From contig CM069155.1 of the NCBI GenBank assembly GCA_035221665.1, positions 23,932,001 to 23,996,000 on the forward strand: a stretch of 64,000 nt of DNA, written 5' to 3'. Below are positions 63,066 to 64,000 of this stretch, piece by piece. Both the position numbers and the translations under genes were made by a program. The DNA comes from Okamejei kenojei. Taxonomy: Eukaryota. Within the stretch, counting starts at the first letter, position 1, and each line of letters begins with the position of its first letter. The notes under the pieces were generated by a model, which worked only from the letters and a program-made list of their open reading frames with translations, ran no database searches and had not been told where the DNA came from.

Positions 63066-63380
63066 GTCATAAGGTCATAAGTGATAGGAGCAGAATTACG
63101 CCATTCGGCCCATGAAGTCTACGCCATTCAATCATGGTTGATCTCCCTCTCTCCCACTTAACCCCATTTTCCTGCCTTCTCTCCGTAACCCCTGACACCC
63201 GTACTAATCAAGAATCTATCTATCTCTGCCTTAAAAATTATCCATTGAGGGCCTCCACTGCCTTTTGTGGCAAAGAATTCCACAGATTCACCACCCTCTG
63301 ACTAAAGAAATTCCTCCTCATCTCCTTCCTAAAGGAACGTCCTTTAATTCTGAGGCTGTGACCTCCAGTTCAAGACTCTC
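63066..63380 (-). mobile_element. CR1 3' fragment
   Basis: (GTCATAAG)n tail, UTR and ORF2 end. Confidence 0.85.
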
Positions 63381-64000
63381 TCTACTTGTCGTTGAAAATA
63401 TTGACCCATTGCAATCAGAGTCTGCTCGCACAGTGATGCTGCCTCTGGGCCGATAACACAGAGTCCCAAACTATTAACTGAGAAATACACATTAAACCAT
63501 AGCGTGCCAGGTGGGAAATTTAAATTTAGTTAATTAAATGATCCGGAATATCTGTAACAGTGCCCATTGTCATAACCACTGGATTGTCATAACAACTCAC
63601 CTGGTTCTCCAATGGCCCACCCTGCCTACACATCACTGTTTATGTGTGGCTCTGCACTGACCTGAGACCCAGTTATCCTCTGGAGTGGCCACTTGGGTTA
63701 ACTGTTGACTTTGACAATGACACTCGCATCACAAGCCATGAAGAGAAAACACGTGGACTGGTCAGCTTTTGTGTAGCCATATTTTTCCCTCTCTCTAGTT
63801 TACAGCCTTATGTGTGACCTTCACTCCCAGGTACAAACCCCTCTCTACTTCTGCAAGTTCAGGTCTCCCCCCAGAGATGGTGAGATCCACAGCACTGAGG
63901 CAGTTCAGTGAGGAACAGTGATGTACTTGCAACCAGTGCATCAGGGTGAACAACACCAAGATGCCAGCATTTCCCCGACACAGATGCTCTTATCCTGCTC

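Overview
Eukaryotic, repeat-rich vertebrate DNA. The repeat content (HE1/V-SINE-type tRNA SINEs, HER1/CR1 LINEs, Rex1/Babar, Tx1 and Penelope-like elements) points to a cartilaginous fish, probably a skate or ray; this is inferred from remembered repeat consensus sequences. I recognise no host protein-coding gene. A CpG island at ~14.3-14.65 kb has a GTGAG donor and is followed leftwards by a chain of small AG/GT-bounded candidate exons on the - strand, of unknown product and possibly a lncRNA. The 15-64 kb region looks like an intergenic or intronic desert with several CNE-like blocks. Most ORFs in the track are spurious or retroelement fragments. The main signal is a family of more than 20 short Penelope-derived elements carrying a minimal type I hammerhead ribozyme motif (CTGAAGA-A-GGGT/CTCG/ACCC-GAAAC-GTC). 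Its helix III is only a palindromic ACGT, so it could form only in a dimer. Many copies are fold-back inverted repeats whose arms end within about 5 nt of the predicted self-cleavage site. One copy is still attached to a GIY-YIG endonuclease remnant, and one has copied ~45 bp of host flank into a perfect 78-bp inverted repeat. All analysis was done by eye, so element boundaries are approximate unless TSDs are given.
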